The notes: generated by a model from the sequence alone, not told the origin. 64,000 bases of DNA from Pirellulales bacterium (GCA_963733035.1 CAVTBU010000006.1:224001-288000), one strand, 5' to 3'. Shown: positions 12,313 through 20,959, counted from the stretch's first letter. Program-made: numbers and translations.

Positions 12313-12879
12313 ATGCGCGACCATGCCCAACAGGCCGTGACCGAGCTCTTGGTCTTGCGAGCGCAAGCGGGCCATGCCGACGCGCTATCGTTGCTGGTGC
12401 GCGACTGGCACGATCGGTTGGTCCGCCACGCACAGCGACTAACTGGCCACGAGGAGGCGGGTCGTGACGTGGTGCAAGAAGCCTGGATCGACGTGTCACG
12501 CGGTTTATGGGCTCTCGACGATCCCGCTCGCTTTGGCGCATGGGTGTTTCGGATTGTCACCAGGCGATCGGCGTTGTGGATTCGTCAGGAGCAGCGTCGT
12601 CGTCGACGCGAAAAGTCGACCCACGCCGCCAGTCCGACCGCATCGTCGCCGGGCGATCATCGCGAGGCCGGGCGGCGAGCCGAGGCAATCGACGATATGC
12701 ACCACGCCTTGAAAAGACTATCTACCGAAGACCAAGCTCTTCTTGAACTCCGCTATTTGCACGAATTCTCAATTGATGAAGTCGCAATCGCACTTGACAT
12801 TCCATCGGGCACGGCCAAGTCACGACTGTTTCATGCCCGGCAACGCTTAAAAGAGGAACTCCAGAGGGTACCCAAATGA
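12313..12879 (+). CDS. ECF RNA polymerase sigma factor
   Basis: DVVQEAW region 2; EVAIALDIPSGTAKSRLFHARQRL region 4. Confidence 0.93.
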   Translation: MRDHAQQAVTELLVLRAQAGHADALSLLVRDWHDRLVRHAQRLTGHEEAGRDVVQEAWIDVSRGLWALDDPARFGAWVFRIVTRRSALWIRQEQRRRRREKSTHAASPTASSPGDHREAGRRAEAIDDMHHALKRLSTEDQALLELRYLHEFSIDEVAIALDIPSGTAKSRLFHARQRLKEELQRVPK

Positions 12880-13244
12880 CACACTCAGAAGACAAACTCG
12901 TTGAGGCGCTCAAGCGGCTCGATTTGGAAAGCGGCGATGATGTGGAGACCCTTTCGGGCGTGGTCGCTGACATGGTGCGCAATCAGTCGCGGTATCTTGT
13001 CGCACTGCCGTGGATCTTCACGTTCGTGTTCCTGGGAGTGGCTGTTTATTCGGCCGTGCGGTTTTTCGCCACCCAAGAGCCTAAAGAGTGGGTGCTTTAT
13101 GCCACGTTGTTTCTAACGGCCATGATCGTTGTGGCAATCTTTAAGTTGTGGTTCTATCTGGTGTGGGTCCGCAATTCGATACTCCGCGAGATCAAGCGTA
13201 GCGAACTTCGCCTGCTCGTCGCCCGATCGTCGAAGGCAGAGTAA
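12876..13244 (+). CDS. Two-TM membrane protein coupled to the sigma factor (candidate anti-sigma)
   Basis: ATGA overlap with sigma stop; two hydrophobic helices; KLWF...RNSILREIKR. Confidence 0.65.
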   Translation: MTHSEDKLVEALKRLDLESGDDVETLSGVVADMVRNQSRYLVALPWIFTFVFLGVAVYSAVRFFATQEPKEWVLYATLFLTAMIVVAIFKLWFYLVWVRNSILREIKRSELRLLVARSSKAE

Positions 13245-13255
13245 AGTGAATACCG

Positions 13256-13328
13256 TGTCCTTGCCAGGAATTGAACCTGGTCCTCGGCCTTCGCACGGTC
13301 GTATGGGAATCCGACAAACCCCAAGGAC
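13256..13328 (-). pseudogene. Degenerate tRNA-Arg(GCG)
   Basis: Reverse complement aligns with tRNAs at 27122 and 43642; mismatched D and anticodon stems. Confidence 0.7.
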
Positions 13329-13396
13329 GTTTGATGTCTCGCTCTGGAACCGGCCAGCAGGCGAGCACTCCGGGGTGATCCACGAGGACGAACGTC

Positions 13397-13657
13397 TTGT
13401 TTCAAGGTGTCTCAGGTGGGACTCGAACCCCTAGCGCAAACCCCGGGGAACACCGCCAAATCGCAACTCGCGATGCACAAAACGGCGCAGTTGCCGCACG
13501 GGGGCAGTTGGACGCGGAAAGGGATGCCCAGGTCAGCCCTTTGAGCCAGGCCAAAATCGACGTCGCCCTCGTGGTCGTCATTCAAGCCTGGCCGCACCTG
13601 CCCGAGGCGATTCGGAAGGGGATCCTGGCGCTGGTGCGGGTGGCGGACGGTCCGTGA
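13397..13657 (+). CDS. Small att-adjacent ORF (WPHLPEAIRKGILALV)
   Basis: Paralog at 29362-29610; start uncertain. Confidence 0.4.
   Translation: MFQGVSGGTRTPSANPGEHRQIATRDAQNGAVAARGQLDAERDAQVSPLSQAKIDVALVVVIQAWPHLPEAIRKGILALVRVADGP
13406..13431 (-). repeat. tRNA 3'-end fragment / att-like left junction of element 1
   Basis: GGGTTCGAGTCCCACCTGAGACACC (T arm plus acceptor strand); adjoining sequence homologous to that following the att at 29386. Confidence 0.6.
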
Positions 13658-13875
13658 TCTTTCTGCTTCGAATACGTCATTCATGTCGCGGATCCGTTCG
13701 TGCATGATCATCCTTGCGATGTATGTGTGACGCTGGACTGTGACCACATACTAAATAGCGAGTCGCAATTGCGTCGTGAAGCAAACCGACTGCTTTCAGC
13801 AAAGTAACTCACTTTCGGCGATTGAAAGCAGGCCAGGCGTCGTGCTACCTTTCTGTTACTCAACGATGCACTCGT

Positions 13876-14017
13876 TGGGCCGGTCATCCTGAGTGACCGG
13901 GGTATCCGAAGAGCTCGACAGCACGTCCTCGTCCAAGTAGGCACCTGACAACGAGTATCCAGAGAGCCCGTAATCGGCATGCGCTGCAACAGCGCGCCGA
14001 CTACGGGCTCTTTTTTT
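13876..14017 (+). promoter_or_regulatory. Structured leader ending in intrinsic terminator upstream of toxin-like gene
   Basis: Homologous copy at 25892-26034(-); hairpin AGAGCCCGTA...TACGGGCTCT followed by T-run. Confidence 0.65.
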
Positions 14018-14048
14018 GTGGGGTTGTCTATCAGGGAGATTCAACGCC

Positions 14049-15413
14049 ATGTATCGCGACCGTCAATACTTGGGAACTAATGAACTAAGGAACAGCACCG
14101 CGCAGAGTCGAGCCCACCTGTTTGCGCAAACGCTGCTCGGCAACCAGAGTCCTGCTCCAGTGGCCGGTTCCATGCAATCACATCACGCAAGCGACGCTCT
14201 CGAGTTTGTGGCGAGCATCTCAGGCCGAGCACTCGACAGGTTGCGCCAAGTTCGAGCCATCTCGGCACAGGCTCAACGAGATCGAGAGTTGCTCGAATGG
14301 CTGGCCTTGATTTCGGACGGGCACGACCGCAAGTTGCGGGAAATTCAGCTCCTGGAAGTGGAACGGCAACTAGTCGAGCAGCGCTCTGAGCACCGCAGCG
14401 ACTTGCTTGACCTGCAAGAGGCGGAATGGGACCCCGCCAAACATCCTCGTCGCGGCTCGGCGCCTAATCCAGGGTGGTTCGCGACAACAGGAGGGACGGG
14501 GACGGGTGCCGGTTCGTCAACCCCTGGTCGCGCAACCGGTGGCGAATCTAGCAGTGGAAGCGAGGCTTCTACCGTTTCTAAACCTTCGGCCACTGCGCCA
14601 AAGAGCACCAAGCTTGATACACCATCAGAGCCGACCAAGCCTTCTCGCGATGGGGTACCGGCGGTACAAGCCGTCTACTCAGGGCGGAGACAGATAGCAG
14701 CGCAACAAGCGGCGTGGCCGTCACCGGTCGGGCATCACTGGGTGCCGATCGGCGTGATTCAGCATCCCGACATCCGTCCATTCTTGTCAGATGAGGCCGC
14801 CCAATACGCAGCCGGAGCATACTCTGGCCCCACCAGTCCACACCACGGAAACAGGACATATGGCGACGTTGCCCATCCCAAGTACAGTGCGGAAGTACGG
14901 AAGGAACTGAGGGCGTTCATTGACGCGCGCGGCATCAAGAAAATGACGGCAAAGGATATGGCAGAGTTTACAGACTTGATTAAGGGCGGACGCGGCGCAA
15001 ACGGAAAGCCAAATAAGGTGATTGCTTCTTTTAACAAGGCCATCAAGGGAATCGTCCCCAAGGGCACGAAGCCTCTCTCATCAATGGACGAGATCATGGC
15101 TGCAGGAGCCAAGCATATGAGGCACTCCCGCTTCAAGCTGTTGGCCGCAGGCGCGGTCATCTCCGGTGTTCTTGGCGAGGTAATCAACCAGCAAGTGAAT
15201 GTCTTGGATGTGGCCGCGAACAGCGGTCATTATCGCCGCGCGCTAAAGGCCCTTGAAGAGGGCGACCTAAGTAAAGCGCATAGCCTACTCATCGGCGATG
15301 GCAATAGCTTGTATCACGAGATACTCGGCCAGGTCGGTGCTCACGCTGCCCTGAATTTCAAGAAGGCTATGGAACGCGTATTCGAGATGGCAAGAAATCA
15401 AGACTATAGGTGA
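14049..15413 (+). CDS. Polymorphic-toxin-like protein with AHH/HNH-like nuclease region
   Basis: N-terminus shared with ORF starting 25867(-); WDPAKHPR..GWF motif; G/S/T linker; GHHWVP...HPKYSAEV. Confidence 0.55.
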   Translation: MYRDRQYLGTNELRNSTAQSRAHLFAQTLLGNQSPAPVAGSMQSHHASDALEFVASISGRALDRLRQVRAISAQAQRDRELLEWLALISDGHDRKLREIQLLEVERQLVEQRSEHRSDLLDLQEAEWDPAKHPRRGSAPNPGWFATTGGTGTGAGSSTPGRATGGESSSGSEASTVSKPSATAPKSTKLDTPSEPTKPSRDGVPAVQAVYSGRRQIAAQQAAWPSPVGHHWVPIGVIQHPDIRPFLSDEAAQYAAGAYSGPTSPHHGNRTYGDVAHPKYSAEVRKELRAFIDARGIKKMTAKDMAEFTDLIKGGRGANGKPNKVIASFNKAIKGIVPKGTKPLSSMDEIMAAGAKHMRHSRFKLLAAGAVISGVLGEVINQQVNVLDVAANSGHYRRALKALEEGDLSKAHSLLIGDGNSLYHEILGQVGAHAALNFKKAMERVFEMARNQDYR

Positions 15414-15478
15414 AGACTTTGCACCGTTGCCATAGCGTCGCTCGAAGCACAACTCACGGCATAACTCAATCAGGCGCT

Positions 15479-17070
15479 CTAATGACTTTCGTCCAGACTC
15501 AGCAAGACTCGCCCGATATGAGTCGCCAGCAACGAGTGGCCCGAACTTTCATCGCATGAGTGGCCTGCGGTATGCCAGCGGCTGCGTGGCCCGTCCACAA
15601 CGAGCCAACCCGGCTTGCCTAGGCGCAATGCGCGCGCCAGTGCAATCAATCGCTGAGGATATCCCAGCTCCTGAGAAAACTCAGCCACTAGCGTAATGGT
15701 CACCGAATCACAGTCCTGAAACGAAGATGGAGGCATCAAATGATCAAACTCATTGGAATGCTCAGCAATCGACACTTCCGAGATCATTCCAAGATTTCTC
15801 ATCTCCCAATAGCAGTGGACTGCATAGACATCGTCGGGAGGTCGATCACAGAGATCGTTTGAAAAGAGGCACAACGTTACACTCCCCACCATTCCGACTC
15901 CGACATCGTAGCCATGATAAGCTGTCGAGTCGTTCATACGGTACCTGATCAGCCACACCTCTTTCGGCTCGCGTGTGGGCGGCCAAGCCACTGTTCGGTG
16001 ATCGACAATTTTCAGTTCGTCGGGCGCACGGCCGAGCTCGTTCGGATGGGCGAGCCAATCGGCGAAGGCCGCCATGGCTTGGAAGTTCGGCAATTGGCAC
16101 TCGGAAGGAATGTAACCGCCCTGTTCGAGATCTCTGAGGCACTGTTGTGCTCGGGCAGAATACCTCGCATCACGACAACATCGCGTCAGCCACGCGAATC
16201 CAGCTTGGCGACCTAGTTTGGCCGCTGCATGCGCGCAGCCATTTGCACATCAAGGTCCACATGGTCTAAGGCTAAGGCCATAAGCGCATCTCGCCCGGAG
16301 GTACGAAGATACGGCAACGCCACGGCTGCACTTTGTGCATAGCTGACGTGCTCGCTGTCGGTCAACCACTTCTCAAGTTGTTCAATCCCTTTTGGTGTAT
16401 CAAATGGATGTGCACTGCAAACTCCGTCGCGACACGCGCTATTAGAACAATCGAGGAGGGCCACGGCGAGAAAGCCTGTCGGCCGTAAGTTGCTCAATTT
16501 AACGAGCAGGCGTTTGCGTTCCGGATGATCGTTTTCATACCGTGCGAGTATGACGCTCCATAGGCTTGAATCTGGCGCAAAAGCCTTTCGTGCCGCTCGT
16601 ATCACCGCATCGGTACCCTCGCGCGTACAATACATCGCCAACACGTCCAGGGCGAACAATACGTCGTCGGCCGGGTGGTGGGCCGGTGTACGCAAGCCTT
16701 CGTCGACCACTTTCAGTAGAAGGTCGCCCCCCTGCTTCGCAAGGATTGCGAAGGCGGGACACTCGGCGCTCTCAACCAAATCAAACAAGTGAATTAGTGA
16801 ACTCAGTGCAGACCGGTTCACATCCATTGGAGGCAGATCCAAAATCCACTCCAGGACATGGCAAATAGCTTCCGCGTCAATACGCGACTTGATAGGTTGC
16901 TCGCCCAGCTTCCACAGTTCGTCACTGACGCTTGCACCATGCTCCATTCCGCGTCTCAGTGCTAAAATCAGAGGCGTGTGTGTTGAGAAGTCGTCGAATC
17001 TCATCATCGGTCGGTCACCAAATCCAAATCTTCTGCCCAACTTAATGCTAGCCGAATATGTCGGGTCCAT
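15479..17070 (-). CDS. Hypothetical helical-repeat protein (two frames, probable frameshift near 16230)
   Basis: Consecutive same-strand ORFs 16213-17070 and 15479-16093. Confidence 0.5.
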
Positions 17071-17138
17071 CAGCAGTCAGAGAGCTCAACGCATATCTCG
17101 ACCTGGCTCGAACCGGCAAGATTTTCAGATTTCCCCAT

Positions 17139-17166
17139 GAACCCACGAAACCCTTCCGGCGTCTAA
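17139..17166 (+). promoter_or_regulatory. Candidate ECF-sigma promoter GAACC-N16-CGTCTAA
   Basis: Both boxes and the 16-nt spacing are conserved at 37845-37872 while the spacer diverges. Confidence 0.55.
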
Positions 17167-17238
17167 GGTGTCGACAGGGTCGAGGCCGTGTTGGCGTCCG
17201 ACTGCAGTTGTGACAAGCTTTTACGGGTTGTTCCTTCC

Positions 17239-17319
17239 ATGATGTTCTTACGGCCAAGACTGTTCCAAGAACACGTAGCCGGGAGTTATTGCGCAGCACA
17301 AACGATTGCTGCAAGGTAA
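17239..17319 (+). CDS. Candidate leader peptide MMFLRPRLFQEHVAGSYCAAQTIAAR
   Basis: First 11 codons identical in copy at 37946; overlaps attenuator segment; no clear SD. Confidence 0.45.
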   Translation: MMFLRPRLFQEHVAGSYCAAQTIAAR

Positions 17320-17375
17320 TTCCCCCGCGCTACCGCTACGCTTGTGACGCTTGGCCTTTAGGTCTGCTGGCTGCC

Positions 17376-17409
17376 AAAGCCCGATGTCACAAGGACATCG
17401 GGCTTTTTT
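17376..17409 (+). terminator. Intrinsic terminator ahead of tRNA array 1 (attenuator)
   Basis: AAAGCCCGATGTC-ACAAG-GACATCGGGCTTTTTT. Confidence 0.85.
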
Positions 17410-17455
17410 GTTAGCCTCATGTCGCGCGACAGCGGGAACCAAACAACAAACGAAT

Positions 17456-17527
17456 GGGTCGGTAGCTGAGACGGTTTAGCGGTGGCCTGAAAAGCCGCAG
17501 ACGAGGATTCGAGCGCCTCCCGACCCA
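17456..17527 (+). tRNA. tRNA-Phe(GAA)
   Basis: Cloverleaf; anticodon arm GTGGC-CTGAAAA-GCCGC. Confidence 0.8.
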
Positions 17528-17563
17528 CTGCGCTCTGCGTGCGCGCTGACGGAGAACACTCAC

Positions 17564-17636
17564 GGCTCGTTCGTCTATCGGTTCAGGATACTGCCCTTTC
17601 AAGGCGGAGAGGTGGGTTCGATTCCCACACGAGCTA
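17564..17636 (+). tRNA. tRNA-Glu(TTC)
   Basis: CTGCC-CTTTCAA-GGCGG. Confidence 0.9.
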
Positions 17637-17654
17637 CTGAAGCAACAAAATCAT

Positions 17655-17726
17655 CGGGCTGAAGAGGGACGGCGCCTCGCGTGCCTTGGGAGCACGAGAC
17701 AGTCGGTTCGACTCCGACCTGCCCGA
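17655..17726 (+). tRNA. tRNA-Pro(TGG)
   Basis: CGTGC-CTTGGGA-GCACG. Confidence 0.8.
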
Positions 17727-17736
17727 CTTGCGTGAC

Positions 17737-17808
17737 GGTAGTTGAGGGCTGGTTGCCCAAACCCGGCTGATAACCAGGTGGCGCTGAGTTCGATTCTCAG
17801 AACTACCA
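17737..17808 (+). tRNA. tRNA-Ile(GAT)
   Basis: CCCGG-CTGATAA-CCAGG. Confidence 0.8.
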
Positions 17809-17887
17809 CTGAACGAGAGATCACAAGAAGGAGAAACGACGTTGGCAACTCGCATGCGACTCAAACGCATACGCCCACTCCACATTC

Positions 17888-17959
17888 GGGGTCGTGGCGT
17901 AACGGCAGCGCTTCCGCCTTTTAAGCGGGAAGGTAAGGGTTCGACTCCCTTCGGCCCCA
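17888..17959 (+). tRNA. tRNA-Lys(TTT)
   Basis: TCCGC-CTTTTAA-GCGGG. Confidence 0.9.
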
Positions 17960-17987
17960 CTGCGTTGGCTTCGGCCAGCGATCGCGG

Positions 17988-18060
17988 CGGCGCGTAGCTC
18001 AGTGGTGAGAGCAGGTCTCTTATAAGGACCAGGTCGAGGGTTCGATTCCCTCCGCGCCCA
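17988..18060 (+). tRNA. tRNA-Ile(TAT)
   Basis: GGTCT-CTTATAA-GGACC; C1:C72 mismatch. Confidence 0.85.
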
Positions 18061-18092
18061 CTGTGCGCGCAGAAACGAGGAACAACACGAAC

Positions 18093-18165
18093 GGGATCAA
18101 GGTGCTAGCGGCAGCATGCCTGGCTCTTAACCAGGTCGGTGAGGGTTCAAGTCCCTCTGATCCCA
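18093..18165 (+). tRNA. tRNA-Lys(CTT)
   Basis: CCTGG-CTCTTAA-CCAGG. Confidence 0.88.
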
Positions 18166-18171
18166 CTGGAA

Positions 18172-18262
18172 ACAGGCGAGAGGCACGAGGCCACAGGCTA
18201 GAGGGCGACCTTGAACCTCTACTGCTGACCTCTGGTCTCTCGCCTCAGGCCTCTGGCCTGTT
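18172..18262. repeat. Inverted heptamer tandem repeat forming a long imperfect hairpin
   Basis: AGGC every 7 nt, followed by complementary CCT every 7 nt. Confidence 0.65.
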
Positions 18263-18294
18263 TCGATCTTTGACAATTCGACCAGCGATTCGAC

Positions 18295-18361
18295 GCGCCC
18301 ATGATGTAGCGGTAGCCTGCTGCCTTGCCATGGCGTGCGGGTTCAACTCCCGCTGGGCGCT
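18295..18361 (+). tRNA. tRNA-Gly(GCC), short deletion after anticodon stem
   Basis: CTGCC-TTGCCAT-GGC; only 67 nt. Confidence 0.7.
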
Positions 18362-18368
18362 TCAATTT

Positions 18369-18442
18369 CAGGGTGTGGGATAGCCTGGTAGTCCGCCTGC
18401 GTCGGGAGCAGGAGAGCGTCGGTTCAATTCCGACCACCCTGA
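18369..18442 (+). tRNA. tRNA-Pro(CGG)
   Basis: CCTGC-GTCGGGA-GCAGG. Confidence 0.9.
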
Positions 18443-18480
18443 CTTTTTGAGAACGCTCTGACCGGTACAATGAGCGAATC

Positions 18481-18798
18481 ATGAATTGGCTTACGCCGTG
18501 GACTCCGATTGTCGAAAGCGATCGCGCGGAAATGCTGACTACCGAACTTCGTCGCGAAGTTGGAGTCGGCCACGTGCTGTTCGGCATTCCGGTAAAACCA
18601 ATTGCAATTCGCCAAGATTGCGACGACGTGCTCTTCGAGCTTCTTGATGGCTCGGGCCGATTCGCCGTCACTCACTTGACGTACGCTCAGCATCCCGAGC
18701 CAGATTCGCAATGGCCTGCAACTCGTCTCTGTGACGATTTGACTCAATTCGAGCGGAGCATCATGCACGTCGATCATTCGACCGCGACCGGCTTATAG
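18481..18798 (+). CDS. Hypothetical protein between tRNA genes
   Basis: 105-aa ORF filling the inter-tRNA gap; DCDDVLF, HLTY motifs. Confidence 0.7.
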   Translation: MNWLTPWTPIVESDRAEMLTTELRREVGVGHVLFGIPVKPIAIRQDCDDVLFELLDGSGRFAVTHLTYAQHPEPDSQWPATRLCDDLTQFERSIMHVDHSTATGL

Positions 18799-18815
18799 CG
18801 ATCGACTCCAGCTCG

Positions 18816-18889
18816 GAGGGTGTAGCGAAGCCTGGCATCGCGCAAGCTCGGGGAGCTTGAGATCGCAGGTTCAAATCCTGCCACCCTGA
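18816..18889 (+). tRNA. tRNA-Pro(GGG), C33
   Basis: CAAGC-TCGGGGA-GCTTG. Confidence 0.82.
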
Positions 18890-18908
18890 CTCGAACGTCG
18901 TCGATTGT

Positions 18909-19457
18909 TCAGCGCTTCCAAATCGTTACGTCGCTGCTGATCGCGATCAATAGCGTTCGGCCAGTGTACGAAAAGCCAAACCCGCGAAGCTCACGCTCAA
19001 TGGCTAGTTTCCAGAATCGTGAGGCAGGTGGATAGATGCTCTCGTACTTGCCAAGAAGCAAAAGACTTGTGTCCGGCCAATCGATGGACAAGGCTTCGAC
19101 GCCCCATCCGTCATCGGTCTGAGTCGGGAGGCCACCACCGACAAGTCCACAGACGCGAATCTCCCTTCCATCAAGTGGACCAAATCCGATGGCAGTCATG
19201 GCGTCTTTGCCGAACCACGATTCTTGATCTGATTCGTCACGATCTCGAGCGACTTTTTCGCCGGTGCGGCAATCGATGATTCCACGCCCTTGAGACGACA
19301 GTACCAGTAGCAGTTCAGAGTCGTCCGCAAAACCAATCTCAGTAAGTCCGCCAATTGCGACGGACGCGACGAACGACCATGGCTCTGGCGGAGCGGTGAC
19401 CGCAGCACGGCGAATTTTGTCTCGCACAGGTTCGAGGTGGTCCATAAGGTTTGCCAT
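18909..19457 (-). CDS. Hypothetical protein between tRNA genes (antisense)
   Basis: 182-aa ORF filling the gap; beta-propeller-like strands. Confidence 0.7.
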   Translation of the reverse strand: MANLMDHLEPVRDKIRRAAVTAPPEPWSFVASVAIGGLTEIGFADDSELLLVLSSQGRGIIDCRTGEKVARDRDESDQESWFGKDAMTAIGFGPLDGREIRVCGLVGGGLPTQTDDGWGVEALSIDWPDTSLLLLGKYESIYPPASRFWKLAIERELRGFGFSYTGRTLLIAISSDVTIWKR

Positions 19458-19500
19458 GGGTTCATAGGATGGCTCGCCAGTATACCGGATTGATCAATAT

Positions 19501-19575
19501 TGCGGTGGGGCCTGTGTTGGTACAGGCAGGCGCCTGTTAAGCGCCCCTTCGCAGGTTCGATTCCTGCCGCCGCAG
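19501..19575 (+). tRNA. tRNA-Asn(GTT)
   Basis: GGCGC-CTGTTAA-GCGCC; G73. Confidence 0.85.
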
Positions 19576-19587
19576 CTTTCTAGGGAC

Positions 19588-19671
19588 GGAAGGGCAAGCC
19601 AATGGGCGATGGCAGCTGTTTCGAAAACAGTCGAGCGATGAGCCTTGAGGGTTCGACTCCCTCTCCTTCCG
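19588..19671 (+). tRNA. tRNA-Ser(CGA)
   Basis: GCTGT-TTCGAAA-ACAGT; long variable arm; G73. Confidence 0.88.
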
Positions 19672-19675
19672 CTTC

Positions 19676-19747
19676 GTGCTCTTGGCCGATCGGCAGAGGC
19701 GTCAGCCTTCCAAGCTGAACAGGCGGGTTCGATTCCCGCAGAGCACT
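19676..19747 (+). tRNA. tRNA-Gly(TCC)
   Basis: TCAGC-CTTCCAA-GCTGA; U73. Confidence 0.88.
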
Positions 19748-19760
19748 TTCGATCAATCAT

Positions 19761-19831
19761 TCGGGGATCGGCTAATGGTCGGCCGCCTGGCTTTGAACCA
19801 GGCTATGGTAGTTCGAATCTACCTCCCCGAG
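19761..19831 (+). tRNA. tRNA-Gln(TTG)
   Basis: CCTGG-CTTTGAA-CCAGG. Confidence 0.9.
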
Positions 19832-19840
19832 CTTGGAAGA

Positions 19841-19909
19841 CTACCGCCCTGCGCTCGATTGCCGCCCGGCAATCGTGCTCGGTTGCTGGTTTGATTCCTT
19901 CTCCCCGAA
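19841..19909 (+). pseudogene. tRNA 3' remnant whose 5' part is replaced by a hairpin micro-element
   Basis: CTACCGCCCTGCGCTCG-hairpin-CGTGCTCGGTTGCT joined to GGTTTGATTCCTTCTCCCCGAA. Confidence 0.6.
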
Positions 19910-19925
19910 CTCGGTGACAAAACAT

Positions 19926-20000
19926 TCCGGGGTAGCTGCTGCTGGTAGTGGCGCCTGGCTCTGAACCAGGAGGTCGTTGGTTCGATTCCAACTCCCGGAG
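19926..20000 (+). tRNA. tRNA-Gln(CTG)
   Basis: CCTGG-CTCTGAA-CCAGG. Confidence 0.88.
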
Positions 20001-20020
20001 CTGTTTCGAACGACACGATC

Positions 20021-20106
20021 GGAAGTCATCCGGCCGGATGAGGAGCCTGTCTTGAAAACAGGTGGCGGCCTCGCGCCGCTTGTGGGTTCGAGTCCCACGG
20101 CTTCCG
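20021..20106 (+). tRNA. tRNA-Ser(TGA)
   Basis: CCTGT-CTTGAAA-ACAGG; long variable arm. Confidence 0.88.
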
Positions 20107-20134
20107 CTCAACAGGTCGATTCGTTCAGCAACAC

Positions 20135-20205
20135 AGTCCCGTGGTCCAACGGCAAGACTCCTGCGTCACATCCAGGAAACGATGGTTCAACTCCATCCGG
20201 GACTA
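20135..20205 (+). tRNA. tRNA-Val(CAC)
   Basis: CCTGC-GTCACAT-CCAGG (one mismatch). Confidence 0.8.
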
Positions 20206-20211
20206 CTCGAT

Positions 20212-20285
20212 GTCCAGGTACGCCAATTGGCAGAGCGGCACGGCTTAAACCCGCGCGGATGCCGGTTCGACTCCGGCCTTGGGCA
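20212..20285 (+). tRNA. tRNA-Leu(TAA), short variable loop
   Basis: CACGG-CTTAAAC-CCGCG. Confidence 0.8.
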
Positions 20286-20295
20286 CTGTCAACGC

Positions 20296-20368
20296 GGCTC
20301 GGTCGGCAACGGCAGACCACCTTGGCTTAGAACCAAGGATGCTGTGGGTTCGAATCCCACCTGAGCTA
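20296..20368 (+). tRNA. tRNA-Leu(TAG), short variable loop
   Basis: CTTGG-CTTAGAA-CCAAG. Confidence 0.85.
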
Positions 20369-20382
20369 TTTAGTAGAGACTC

Positions 20383-20457
20383 GTCCTCGTGGAGTAGTCT
20401 GGAGTGCTCGCCTGCCTGTCACGCAGGAGATCACGGGTTCAAATCCCGTCGGGGACG
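20383..20457 (+). tRNA. tRNA-Asp(GTC)
   Basis: CCTGC-CTGTCAC-GCAGG; G73. Confidence 0.92.
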
Positions 20458-20539
20458 CCTTTTGATTGTTGTACGCGAAATCGTCTGTGGCGCGGAGTGT
20501 TCCGCAACGCCTCGACGAACTGCAACGCAACGTAAATCT

Positions 20540-20613
20540 GGCACGGTACGCCAATCGGCTGAGCGGCGAAGCTCAAACCTTCGTGTCTGCGGGTTCGACT
20601 CCCGCCTGTGCCA
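20540..20613 (+). tRNA. tRNA-Leu(CAA), short variable loop
   Basis: CGAAG-CTCAAAC-CTTCG. Confidence 0.85.
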
Positions 20614-20619
20614 CTGTTC

Positions 20620-20706
20620 GGGTTGTGCTCCTCGTGGCGGCCTGTAAAGCCGTTGTCACAAAAGAAGCGAGGTGGGCGACGAATGGTTCGATTCCTTCAC
20701 AACCCA
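20620..20706 (+). tRNA. Atypical tRNA-Tyr(GTA) lacking a D hairpin
   Basis: Acceptor GGGTTGT/ACAACCC; GCGGC-CTGTAAA-GCCGT; T loop TTCGATT; only ~10 nt in D region. Confidence 0.7.
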
Positions 20707-20711
20707 ATTGA

Positions 20712-20784
20712 GGCCCGCTCGTCTATCGGTTGAGGACGCCAGCCTCTCAAGCTGGAAGGACGGGTTCGATTCCCGTGCGGGTCA
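20712..20784 (+). tRNA. tRNA-Glu(CTC)
   Basis: CCAGC-CTCTCAA-GCTGG. Confidence 0.9.
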
Positions 20785-20790
20785 CTGTAT

Positions 20791-20873
20791 GGCCAAGTGG
20801 TGTAACTGGTAAACACGCGACGCTCAGAACGTCGTGCCCTTGCGGCGTGGGAGTTCGAGTCTCCCCTTGGTCA
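20791..20873 (+). tRNA. tRNA-Leu(CAG)
   Basis: CGACG-CTCAGAA-CGTCG; long variable arm. Confidence 0.9.
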
Positions 20874-20890
20874 CTGAAATATTGAATTGA

Positions 20891-20959
20891 CGCAGGTGAG
20901 CCAGTGCTCAGCCGAGTTTCATAAGCTCAGCCCGTCGGGTGCGACACCCGAACCTGCAA
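20891..20959 (+). tRNA. Atypical initiator-like tRNA-Met(CAT)
   Basis: C1:A72 mismatch; loop TTCATAA; T loop TGCGACA. Confidence 0.7.

Noticed and set aside
17200..17409. T-box riboswitch
   Set aside because: No recognisable UGGNACC antiterminator bulge or stem I motifs; only a generic attenuator is supported.
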